Under the pieces are notes generated by a model, which did not search any database, had not been told where the DNA came from, and saw only the letters and a list, made by a program, of their open reading frames with translations. Made by a program: the position numbers and the translations under genes. Positions 22,159 through 30,317 of a stretch of 64,000 bases of DNA are shown in pieces. Position 1 is the stretch's first letter; every line of letters begins with the position of its first letter. Source of the DNA: Chthoniobacter flavus (GTDB lineage Bacteria; Verrucomicrobiota; Verrucomicrobiia; Chthoniobacterales; JACTMZ01); the NCBI GenBank assembly GCA_945871065.1, contig CAMBUL010000002.1, positions 15,758-79,757 of the forward strand, in the 5' to 3' direction.

Positions 22159-23251
22159 CGGATGACCGAAACTTACGGTTGGCAGCGTCGCCTGACAAGC
22201 CGCGTTGCGGCTGAAGTTCGGGCCGGGACGCGGGATCCCAAGTGAGGAGGTCGATGAGTTTTTGTCCGCTTTCGCCGAGGCGCGGCCGGTTGCGCGGGCC
22301 ATCGATCAGACCGCGGGTCATTTTGGCGTAGGGGAATTTTGCCGGCGCGACCCAGGCAACCCGCGGGGCGGACGCGGGTTCGGTTGAAGGCTCGATCAGG
22401 ACGGGAAACCCGGGGGCGGTGAAGGAAACCAGCCACGAGCGCGCTCCGGCGGGATTGCCTTTGACCAGCCAGGGGTAGCGGCGGGGGAGCTGGAAGTGCG
22501 GGGATTCCGGGATGCGGACGGAGAAGAAAGACTTCTGGTGGCGGATGAATTGCGGGAGGGTAAGAGAGGAATTCTGGCGCTGCTCGAGGTAGAATCCCGC
22601 AATGTCGAGGCCTATCAGATTGATGCCATTGTAGAGTCCGTGCTTGTTCGGGGAGGGAAAATTGGCGGGGTGCCAGCTGGCGAACTGGTCGTGCCAGAGG
22701 AGGGCAACTTCAAGGTGCAGGTGGGCGCGGCGCTGGTTGAGGCCGTCACCGGTGAAACCAAGGCGGCCGACGCGGCCGCCTTGGCCGATGGTTTGTCCGC
22801 GATGCACATCGATGGTGGCGAGGTGGGCATACACGCTGTAGACGGGGGCGCCCCCGACCTTGTGCTCGATCACGACGAGCTTTCCGTAGTTTGAATCTTT
22901 CTCGTCGTTGCTGACGTGCACGACGCGCCCTCCTTCGATCGCACGGATCTCGTCGAGCGGTTCGCCGGATGCGTCCCGGCGCAGAGGACTCACGTCGATG
23001 CCTTCGTGGAATTTGGTCGCCAGGACTTTCCCGTCCACCCGTTGCGGGTTGCGGGTGAACCCGTAGCTGCCTCCCTGCCACGGCCGGCTTTTGACGCCTT
23101 CGAAATCGCGGTCCGTGTACATGTAAAACTTTTCCGGTTTTCCGCGGAAAAGCTCCTCGTTGTCCGTGGGCAATACGGGGGAAAAGGATTTCGCCGGAGT
23201 GATGGCGAGGAGGAGAAAAAGGGGGAGCGAGGCGGCGAGGATTTTCGTCAT
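22151..23251 (-). CDS. secreted M23-family metallopeptidase
   Basis: Signal peptide [18 protein letters not shown]23 motifs [25 protein letters not shown]. Confidence 0.85.
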   Translation of the reverse strand: MTKILAASLPLFLLLAITPAKSFSPVLPTDNEELFRGKPEKFYMYTDRDFEGVKSRPWQGGSYGFTRNPQRVDGKVLATKFHEGIDVSPLRRDASGEPLDEIRAIEGGRVVHVSNDEKDSNYGKLVVIEHKVGGAPVYSVYAHLATIDVHRGQTIGQGGRVGRLGFTGDGLNQRRAHLHLEVALLWHDQFASWHPANFPSPNKHGLYNGINLIGLDIAGFYLEQRQNSSLTLPQFIRHQKSFFSVRIPESPHFQLPRRYPWLVKGNPAGARSWLVSFTAPGFPVLIEPSTEPASAPRVAWVAPAKFPYAKMTRGLIDGPRNRPRLGESGQKLIDLLTWDPASRPELQPQRGLSGDAANRKFRSSDE

Positions 23252-23784
23252 CGCTTTTTGCCGCTCTCGCCGATGACCGGGTAGGCCGAGGTGAGTAGCT
23301 CCACCTCGGCGCTGTCGAGTCCGCGCGGGATGCTGACGATCCCGTCGTTGACGGGCCGGTCGACCACCAGATTGCTCACCTGGCGTCCGTTGAAAAAAAC
23401 GGCGAGCAGGCGTCCGCTTCTTTCCATGGTGTGCTGCTTGAGCAGGCCGGATCCGTGATTGTCGAGTTTGAGGTAGACGCCCTGGGATCCATCTGCGGCG
23501 GCAAACGGAAAGACAGAGTGGATTTCACGCTGCGTGATCAGCGGCATGCGGGAGAGAAACGTTTCGCGGCCGTTGAGCAAGGTGGCCGGAAAGGCGAAGG
23601 TCGGGGCTTCGGCGGCGATGCCTTCGCCGTGGATACGCAATTCGACAACCGGCTTCTTGGCCCCCCCGGTGCAGAGCAGGGAGGCGACGCACAGGAAAAT
23701 AAAAGGACGGCGCACGCAGACAGGTAAACGGGGAGTGCGGGGAATTGCAACCGCGCGCGAAGCACGTTTAAATTGCAGTTCCAT
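23248..23784 (-). CDS. exported hypothetical protein (weak resemblance to the SecD/F P1-head fold)
   Basis: Signal-like RRPFIFLCVASLLCTGG. The tail FFNGRQVSNLVVDRPVNDGIVSI resembles a SecD P1 head. Start is uncertain: ATG 23784, or GTG 23715 giving MRRPFIF. The ORF-track start 24027 overlaps the divergent gene. Confidence 0.6.
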   Translation of the reverse strand: MELQFKRASRAVAIPRTPRLPVCVRRPFIFLCVASLLCTGGAKKPVVELRIHGEGIAAEAPTFAFPATLLNGRETFLSRMPLITQREIHSVFPFAAADGSQGVYLKLDNHGSGLLKQHTMERSGRLLAVFFNGRQVSNLVVDRPVNDGIVSIPRGLDSAEVELLTSAYPVIGESGKKR

Positions 23785-24241
23785 GCGGAGCGCGGGGTTT
23801 GCCATCATTTTTGTCGTAGCATTGGCTGCCTGTACTCCATCGGAAAGGGCTGGCCGCGGGGCCGCATCGGCGGTGGGAATACCTCTGCGACCCAGCCTGC
23901 GGGCCGAACCCGGCGAATTCGGTCTCGCCCGGTGCCGTGAGGTCCGGGTCGTCTTCTCGTTGGTCAATACCACGCGGCACGTACTGCTCTTGGACTTCCC
24001 AACGGACCAACACTTTGAAGTCGCCATGCAGAATTCTGCTGGTCAGAGACTTTTTCTCTGGTCGGAGGACCGCCACTTCGCTGCGGTGGCTTCTTCGGTC
24101 GTGGTCAATCCCGGTGAACGGCTCGAATACGAGGCCGATGTTCCGACCCGTGAAATGGCGGCGGGTGGCATTTACACCGTTGAAGCTTTTCTCCCCGGAC
24201 ACCCCGAGACCACTTCGACGATTCTGCTGTCCCCACAGTGA
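23783..24241 (+). CDS. lipoprotein, BsuPI-like putative proteinase inhibitor fold
   Basis: Lipobox VVALAAC. Pattern VVFSLVNTTRHVLLLDFPTDQHFEVAMQNSAGQRLFLWSEDRHF...VVVNPGERLEYEADVP resembles the BsuPI family. Start taken at MRSAGF. Confidence 0.65.
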   Translation: MRSAGFAIIFVVALAACTPSERAGRGAASAVGIPLRPSLRAEPGEFGLARCREVRVVFSLVNTTRHVLLLDFPTDQHFEVAMQNSAGQRLFLWSEDRHFAAVASSVVVNPGERLEYEADVPTREMAAGGIYTVEAFLPGHPETTSTILLSPQ

Positions 24242-24299
24242 TGCGCAGCGCTTTGGGTTTGACCGGAAGTCGACAAGGGGCTTAATTCGCTCGCTTACT

Positions 24300-24908
24300 A
24301 TGAAAGCTACTCTGCGACTCGGCGTTTGCCTGATGCTCGCGGCCCTGGCCGGGTGCGCGACTCATGACCGGCGCCTGACTAGTTCCACGACGCGCTACCT
24401 GACGTCCGGAGGTGACGTCGTGGCCAAGCCTTCCAGCGTGGGTATCAATGACACGGTGTCCTACTGGGACGGAGATGGCGTGTCCGGAAGCCCCTCCATC
24501 ACCATCAACTTGGGCGAACAAAAAGCCTTCTTCTACAAGGACGGGCGCCTCGTCGGGGTTTCCATGATCTCGTCCGGTCGCGAGGGTTACCGCACGCCGC
24601 CCGGTCAATACAAAGTTCTCCAGAAAAGCAAGGACCACGTCTCGAACCTTTACGGCGACTATGTCGACCATGGAGACAACGTGATGGTGGCCAATGTCGG
24701 GGTGAAGCGTGATCCCAAGCCGCCGGGCGCCAAGTTCCGCGGGGCGCCGATGCCTTATTTTTTGCGTTTCCACGGCGGCTACGGCTTGCATGCCGGATTC
24801 CTCCCGGGTTTCGCGGCGTCGCACGGATGTGTGCGTATGCCAGAGCGTATGGCGCAAATTTTCTTCGCCAATGTTTCACACGGCACACCGGTGCGCGTGA
24901 TCAACTGA
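24300..24908 (+). CDS. L,D-transpeptidase (YkuD-family) lipoprotein
   Basis: Lipobox LAALAGC and catalytic HGGYGLHAGFLPGFAASHGCVRMP. ATG 24300 chosen; the longer ORF overlaps the preceding gene. Confidence 0.88.
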   Translation: MKATLRLGVCLMLAALAGCATHDRRLTSSTTRYLTSGGDVVAKPSSVGINDTVSYWDGDGVSGSPSITINLGEQKAFFYKDGRLVGVSMISSGREGYRTPPGQYKVLQKSKDHVSNLYGDYVDHGDNVMVANVGVKRDPKPPGAKFRGAPMPYFLRFHGGYGLHAGFLPGFAASHGCVRMPERMAQIFFANVSHGTPVRVIN

Positions 24909-24918
24909 TGTAACGCGC

Positions 24919-25362
24919 ATGACTGCCGCGCCCGAATGGCTGGCGTGGGTGCAGGGCCTCCAGGCTGCCGCGACCTTCGGCATGACCGGCCTCATTTGGA
25001 TGGTGCAGGTGGTCCAATATCCCGCCTTTGCGGGCGTTGGCGCGGCGGAATTCGGCGCTTTCCATCGGCATCACTGCCGCTCGATCGGGGTGGTGGTCGG
25101 GCCGCTCATGGTCCTGGAGTTGTCCACCGCGGGATGCTTGGCACTGGCCGGCCAGCCACTTTGGTTCTGGCGTCTCATGATGGGCATGTTGCTCGTCATT
25201 TGGTTGTCCACCGCCTTCTGGCAGGGACCCTTGCACGGGCGTTTGTCCCGCGAGGGGGCGCGTCCGGAATTGGTCCGCGCCCTGGTCAAAGGCAACTGGC
25301 TGCGCACCGTTTTCTGGACCCTGCGGTCGGCGGCCTTGGTCTGGTTCTATGCTCGCGGGTGA
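24919..25362 (+). CDS. small 4-TM membrane protein, DUF1772-like
   Basis: 147 aa with four hydrophobic segments. Family assignment is from general pattern only. Confidence 0.6.
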   Translation: MTAAPEWLAWVQGLQAAATFGMTGLIWMVQVVQYPAFAGVGAAEFGAFHRHHCRSIGVVVGPLMVLELSTAGCLALAGQPLWFWRLMMGMLLVIWLSTAFWQGPLHGRLSREGARPELVRALVKGNWLRTVFWTLRSAALVWFYARG

Positions 25363-26240
25363 GCCTGATCGTAAGCTTTCCGCAGTCTCTCGGTCGTCAC
25401 GTGCGTGTAGATTTGCGTGGTCGAGAGGCTGGCGTGTCCGAGCATGCTTTGCACGCTGCGGAGGTCTGCGCCGGCATCGAGGAGATGGGTGGCGAAGCTG
25501 TGGCGGAGTTTGTGCGGGCTGGCCGGAATGGGTATCTGCGCGAGCCGGAGGTATTTTTTGACCAACGACCAAACCGAGGTGGGACCAAGCCGCTTGCGCA
25601 GCTTGCTCAGGAAGAGCGGTCCGGACTGCACCTTGGCCCGCTGACGGTAATGCTGGATGGCTTCGAGAGCCTGCTGACCCACGGGCACAATGCGTTCCTT
25701 GGACCCTTTGCCGAGGACCCGGACCGATTCGTTGTAAGGGTCGATATCGCTCACCTCGAGTGCCGCCAACTCGGCGAGACGCAGTCCGCTGGAATAGAAC
25801 AACTCGAGGATGGCGGCATCGCGCCAGGGCAGCCAATCCGGCGCCTGTTTCGCGCGCTTCGCTTCTTGTGGTGCCCGCAGCAGGGCATCGATCTGCGTGG
25901 TGGTGAGGAAGACGGGAAGACGTTTCTCGGCTTTGGGCAGGGAGACGGCCAGGAGCGGGTTGGCGGCGAGACTTTTTCGCTCGCAGAGAAAGCGGTAAAA
26001 GCTGCGCAGCGCGGCAAAGTCGAGACGGATGGTGGCACGCGCGCGATCGCGCTTCATGAGGGCGAAAAGGTAAGCGCGGAAATCATCGGCCGTGGCCTCG
26101 GTCCACGACTTTTCACCGAGGAATCCGGCCGCGGCGGTCAAAGCGCGCTCGTAGTTGCTCACGGTGCGCGGCGAGGCGTTGCGTTCGTCGCGCAGGTAAT
26201 CGAGATAAGCCGGCGCGAGGGGATCGTCGGGAGCAGGCAC
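25347..26240 (-). CDS. xerC: tyrosine recombinase XerC/XerD family
   Basis: RDAAILELFYSSGLRLAEL, HKLRHSFATHLL, LGHASLSTTQIYTHV. 297 aa. Confidence 0.88.
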   Translation of the reverse strand: MPAPDDPLAPAYLDYLRDERNASPRTVSNYERALTAAAGFLGEKSWTEATADDFRAYLFALMKRDRARATIRLDFAALRSFYRFLCERKSLAANPLLAVSLPKAEKRLPVFLTTTQIDALLRAPQEAKRAKQAPDWLPWRDAAILELFYSSGLRLAELAALEVSDIDPYNESVRVLGKGSKERIVPVGQQALEAIQHYRQRAKVQSGPLFLSKLRKRLGPTSVWSLVKKYLRLAQIPIPASPHKLRHSFATHLLDAGADLRSVQSMLGHASLSTTQIYTHVTTERLRKAYDQAHPRA

Positions 26241-26296
26241 GGGGGACAGATTAACTCGCGCCGTGCCGGACGGGAATCCCGGTCTGCGGCAGCGAT

Positions 26297-27529
26297 TCAG
26301 GAACGTTTACGCCCCATCGGCACACCGAGCGGTGGCGGCGCGGTGGAGGCAATATCCCCCTCGCGCGTGGTCGAGCGCTCGAAGCGCAGCACACCGTGCC
26401 GTGTTTCCGCGCCGTCGGGTGAAGTGGCCACGACGGGAATCTCGAATGCGCCGTCGGGCAGGACGAAGTGGTAACGGAAGGTTCCATCGGGGCGGATCAT
26501 GATTTCCTTTCCGTCGACGGTCACCTTGGCGTCGGGGTGGGTGCCGCCGTAGAAGATGACCTCGGCATTGAGGTGCATGAAGAACTCGCGGCCCCTGTGC
26601 CAAGTCGACGACCAGCTACTTGGTACCCCCCGACCCGAGAGTGCGGCGGAAGACCAACTGCCCGGCCCGCTTTGCCACGATGCGCCGGAGATCCCGAGTG
26701 CGGCAAGGAAGCCTCCGGATGACCCGCCGGGCGCCGAGGCCCACGACGATGGGGCGAACCGGCCGGAAAAAAGACTGGCGTCGGGAGATCCCAGGGAGCT
26801 GGACAATTCGCCGGAGGTGAGTGACCCGATTTCGGTGCCGAGCAGGCGGTCGAGAGCGATGCGTTGTGCGGGGGTCAGTCGGCCGATCGGCAATGCACTG
26901 TGCCCTTGAAGACGGGCCAGGGCATCGGCCAGGCTTTCGCCCTCGCGCATCGTGCCGCGGATTTTCTCCACGAGTTGTTGGAAGGTGGCGTGAAAGGGCA
27001 TGTTGGCGAATACGGGCTCGCCGAATCCGGTCATGGTGTCGCGCGGGGTGAGCACGGTGCCGCTGCGGGCGAGTGCCCTCCAATGGCCGCCGTTGTAGTG
27101 CCCGAGTTCGACGTAATAGTCCGCATCGGTCTCGCGCACGGCGAGATACCAACTGTTGGTTTCCGAAGGCACGGGCACCTCGGCCTCCGGGCGATTCGCG
27201 CCCTCCCGACCGTGGCGCAGGAAGATGGTGCCCTCGACGCCTTCGGTCAGCGTGTAATCCCAATAACAAAAAAGCCAATGCGGTTCCTGCGCGACCACGA
27301 AAATGCGTTCTTCGCCGTAGCTGCGCGGAAGGTCACCGAGATGGTCGATGTCCGCGCTGGCCATTTTCTTTACGCGAGCGCCTGTGGCCGGTTTTCGGGC
27401 GGTGGCTTGGCGGACGTCTTTGGTGATCTTCGCGGACTTCCGGCCCGGGGTGGCCATCTTACTTTGGGCCGGTGCTTTTTTGGTTTTCGCTTTCGCGCTT
27501 TTGACCGCGGATTTGATCGGTTTTTTCAT
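26297..27529 (-). CDS. DUF4912-like protein with lysine-rich N-terminal tail
   Basis: Starts MKKPIKSAVKSAKAKTKKAP. Contains ERIFVVAQEPHWLFCYWDY and C-terminal EVIFYGGTHPDAKVTVDGKEIMIRPDGTFRYHF. The 656-aa ORF-track version is an artefactual upstream extension. Confidence 0.75.
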   Translation of the reverse strand: MKKPIKSAVKSAKAKTKKAPAQSKMATPGRKSAKITKDVRQATARKPATGARVKKMASADIDHLGDLPRSYGEERIFVVAQEPHWLFCYWDYTLTEGVEGTIFLRHGREGANRPEAEVPVPSETNSWYLAVRETDADYYVELGHYNGGHWRALARSGTVLTPRDTMTGFGEPVFANMPFHATFQQLVEKIRGTMREGESLADALARLQGHSALPIGRLTPAQRIALDRLLGTEIGSLTSGELSSSLGSPDASLFSGRFAPSSWASAPGGSSGGFLAALGISGASWQSGPGSWSSAALSGRGVPSSWSSTWHRGREFFMHLNAEVIFYGGTHPDAKVTVDGKEIMIRPDGTFRYHFVLPDGAFEIPVVATSPDGAETRHGVLRFERSTTREGDIASTAPPPLGVPMGRKRS

Positions 27530-27602
27530 GGCGACACTTGCGCTCGGGCGCGACAAAGCGCGGGCGAATCTCCAGGCAAGGTGCCGCAGTGAAAGATTTT
27601 GC

Positions 27603-28274
27603 TCAAGGCCGTTCCTTGCGGAGGAACTCGTCCCTCCCGTATTTGGAAGCCTGCAGTTCGGTGGTCTCTGCCTCGAAATTCTCCGGGGGGCTCCATCGCT
27701 CTGTTTCCGCGGCCAGGCTGGCGGCGAGACATTGACCGAACCCGGCTTCGAGGCCTGACTGCCGGACCGATCCTTGGTGGAGGAGTCCGCGTTTGGTGCG
27801 CCGCTGCGCTCCTCCCGCGACCTTGCGAGTTCCGTCCACCACATCGTAACGGACGGGTCCGGCAAAGCAGGCCGCAGCACCCTGCGCCTCGCCCTCGAAA
27901 AGAACCGCCTCGCATCCGGCATCCTCGAGGGCCGAAGCGAGCGCGAGGTGCAGCACGCGGTAGCTTTCGTCAGGCCGTAGCACCGACCACGACTCGGTGC
28001 GCGGCGCGACCAACGAGAAGGTGAAGTCACCGTCGTGCACCACCACGCCCCCGCCGGTCCAACGTCGGCAAACCGGCCAACCGGGCCGGGTTGCCTCGGC
28101 CTCCCGCCACGGAATAAAGTATCCGATACTGACCCATGGCCCAGTCCAGCGGAAGACGCGGAGCACCGGGCCCTGGGCGTGGCCCAAGAGCACCTCGTCG
28201 CAGGCCATCTGGGCAGGTCCATCGCGCGGCACCGGGTCGATCCAGAGGGAGAGCCGGTCGAAGACATGCGACAT
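27603..28274 (-). CDS. lipoate/octanoate-protein ligase family protein (BPL_LplA_LipB domain)
   Basis: RRWTGGGVVVHDGDFTFSLV and TRKVAGGAQRRTKRGLLHQGS (putative catalytic Lys). Start MSHVFDRL at 28274. Confidence 0.8.
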   Translation of the reverse strand: MSHVFDRLSLWIDPVPRDGPAQMACDEVLLGHAQGPVLRVFRWTGPWVSIGYFIPWREAEATRPGWPVCRRWTGGGVVVHDGDFTFSLVAPRTESWSVLRPDESYRVLHLALASALEDAGCEAVLFEGEAQGAAACFAGPVRYDVVDGTRKVAGGAQRRTKRGLLHQGSVRQSGLEAGFGQCLAASLAAETERWSPPENFEAETTELQASKYGRDEFLRKERP

Positions 28275-28374
28275 CGCTGTTTTATAGACGCACCACCCGT
28301 CCGGAGGCCAGTGGGGTCTTGGGCCCATGCCGACGCTTCCCATCGGGGCCGCCCCTTCGCTATGATCCCCGGTC

Positions 28375-29265
28375 ATGCCTAAACCAGCACTCGGACGCGG
28401 ACTCGGCGCACTCATCGCTCCGGCCAAAACAGCCGCTGAAGCGGTCGCCGCGGCAGAAGCGGCGGGCGAGCGGGTGCAGTCGGTTGCGCTCACGCAGGTC
28501 GTGCCCAGTCCGCTGCAGCCGCGCACCACGTTTTCGGCGGATCATTTGGCCGAGCTCGTCGCCTCCATCCGCGAGAACGGCATCATCCAGCCGCTCATTG
28601 TGCGCCGGGTCAACGGACTCCTCGAACTCATCGCCGGTGAACGCCGTTGGCGCGCCGCGGGGCAAGCCGGACACAAAGAGGTTCCGGTCATCGTCCGCGA
28701 CGCCACCGACCTCGAGGTGCTTGAGTTCGCGCTGGTCGAAAACCTGCAGCGCGAGGATCTCAACCCGATCGAGGAAGCGCAGGCCTACAAGCGTCTGGCC
28801 GAGGAATTCAAACTGCGCCAGGACGAGATCGCCAAAAAAGTCGGCAAAAGCCGCGCCGCGGTGGCCAACACCATGCGCTTGCTCGAGTTGGACGGCGAAT
28901 TGCAGACGCACTTGGTGCAAGGTCGCCTCAGTGTCGGACATGCCAAGGCCCTGCTCGGGCTGCGCACGGCCGAGGAGCAGCGCAACGTGGCCGGGCAAGT
29001 CATGCGGAAAAATCTCTCGGTGCGCGCCACGGAGGATCTGGTCAATACCACCCTGACCCAAGATGGCGTGGTCCGGAAAGGACGCACCCGTCAAAAGCGC
29101 GCAGCCTCGGCTGCCGTTCAGCATCTGGAAAACCGCCTGCAGCAGCATTTTTCGACCCGCGTGGAAGTCCATCATGGCGAGGACAAAGGCCGGATTCTCA
29201 TCGAGTATTACGGGAACGACGACTTGCAGCGTCTCCTTGGGCAGCTAGGTTTGGCCCAAGAGTAA
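28375..29265 (+). CDS. parB: chromosome partitioning protein ParB/Spo0J
   Basis: GRGLGALI, IAGERRWRAA, LVENLQREDLNPIEEA, and an HTH region. Confidence 0.92.
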   Translation: MPKPALGRGLGALIAPAKTAAEAVAAAEAAGERVQSVALTQVVPSPLQPRTTFSADHLAELVASIRENGIIQPLIVRRVNGLLELIAGERRWRAAGQAGHKEVPVIVRDATDLEVLEFALVENLQREDLNPIEEAQAYKRLAEEFKLRQDEIAKKVGKSRAAVANTMRLLELDGELQTHLVQGRLSVGHAKALLGLRTAEEQRNVAGQVMRKNLSVRATEDLVNTTLTQDGVVRKGRTRQKRAASAAVQHLENRLQQHFSTRVEVHHGEDKGRILIEYYGNDDLQRLLGQLGLAQE

Positions 29266-29269
29266 AGTC

Positions 29270-30232
29270 ATGAGTGCCGCCTCCATTTCACCGCTCCGCC
29301 GGATCATCAACTGCCTCGACAGCGATTATTTCGAGGGCGACGCGGAAGTGATCCGCAATCAGCCCGAGCGCATGGAGTGGCGGCGTCTGGTTCCCTTCAT
29401 CATCCTGCACCTCGGCTGCCTCGGGGTTATCTGGACCGGGTGGAGTTGGGTCGCGGTGGCCACCGCGGTGTTCCTTTATTTCGCGCGGATGTTCCTCGTC
29501 ACCGGTTTTTATCACCGGTATTTCAGCCACAAGACCTTCCAGATTTCGCGGGCTGGCCAATTCATCGCCGCGTTCCTCGGCCTGACCTGCACGCAGCGCG
29601 GTCCGCTCTGGTGGGCGTGGGTGCATCGGCATCATCACAAGCACTCGGACAAGGAAGAGGATATTCATTCGCCCGGCGTGCAGGGTTTCCTCTGGTCGCA
29701 CATCGGCTGGATCACCAGCAGTTGCAATTTTCCCACCGACTACTCGCGGATCAAAGATCTTGCCAAATATCCCGAGCTGGTTTTCCTCAACCGCTTCGAT
29801 CTGATCGGGCCGATTTTCCTCGCCTTTGTCATGCTCGGCTGGGGCTGGTTTTTGCAGGCTTTTTTCCCGGCGCTCGGCACCACGCCGCTGCAGATGCTGG
29901 TCTGGGGGTTCTTCATCAGCACAACCTGCCTTTTTCACGGAACATCGTGCATCAACTCGCTGGCCCACGTGTTGGGCAGGAAGCGCTACGACACGCATGA
30001 CGACAGCCGCAACAGCATGATCCTCGCCTTCATCACGCTGGGTGAGGGCTGGCACAACAACCACCACCGTTACCAGGCGGCCGCGCGCCAGGGTTTCTAC
30101 TGGTGGGAGTTCGACCCGACTTACTACACGCTCAAGGTGCTCTCGTGGCTCGGGATCATCAAAAATCTGCGCGCGGTGCCCGACTCCGCCTACCTTGAGG
30201 ATGGGCAGATCAGCGGGCAGGCCTCGGCGTGA
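29270..30232 (+). CDS. acyl-CoA/acyl-lipid delta-9-type fatty acid desaturase
   Basis: Three His boxes (HRYFSH, HRHHHKH, HNNHHRY) and TM hairpins. Confidence 0.9.
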   Translation: MSAASISPLRRIINCLDSDYFEGDAEVIRNQPERMEWRRLVPFIILHLGCLGVIWTGWSWVAVATAVFLYFARMFLVTGFYHRYFSHKTFQISRAGQFIAAFLGLTCTQRGPLWWAWVHRHHHKHSDKEEDIHSPGVQGFLWSHIGWITSSCNFPTDYSRIKDLAKYPELVFLNRFDLIGPIFLAFVMLGWGWFLQAFFPALGTTPLQMLVWGFFISTTCLFHGTSCINSLAHVLGRKRYDTHDDSRNSMILAFITLGEGWHNNHHRYQAAARQGFYWWEFDPTYYTLKVLSWLGIIKNLRAVPDSAYLEDGQISGQASA

Positions 30233-30242
30233 GGGCAGCAAA

Positions 30243-30308
30243 TGTAGCGGCGGTCTATGACCGCCGGAGCATTTGGAAAGGCAGCGACGGTCATAGACCG
30301 CCGCTACA
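30243..30308. repeat. nested palindrome (REP-like hairpin); probable terminator of the desaturase gene
   Basis: Perfect 21-bp arms: tgtagcggcggtctatgaccg (30243-30263) and cggtcatagaccgccgctaca (30288-30308), separated by a 24-nt loop. The left arm is itself a perfect mini-hairpin (cggcggtc-tat-gaccgccg) and the right arm a near-perfect one. Begins 11 nt after the stop codon. Confidence 0.8.
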
Positions 30309-30317
30309 AGGGGGGAG

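Noticed and set aside
25347-26240. XerC/D recombinase as the integrase of the island
   Set aside because: It lies about 6 kb from the island's left repeat with housekeeping genes in between, and it looks like a chromosomal dimer-resolution Xer protein. No att-like relation to the island ends was seen.
27530-28267. Upstream 246 codons of the 656-aa ORF 26297-28267
   Set aside because: This part overlaps the well-supported lipoate-ligase-like gene in another frame and has no protein-like features. The DUF4912-like gene starts at ATG 27529 (MKKPIKS).
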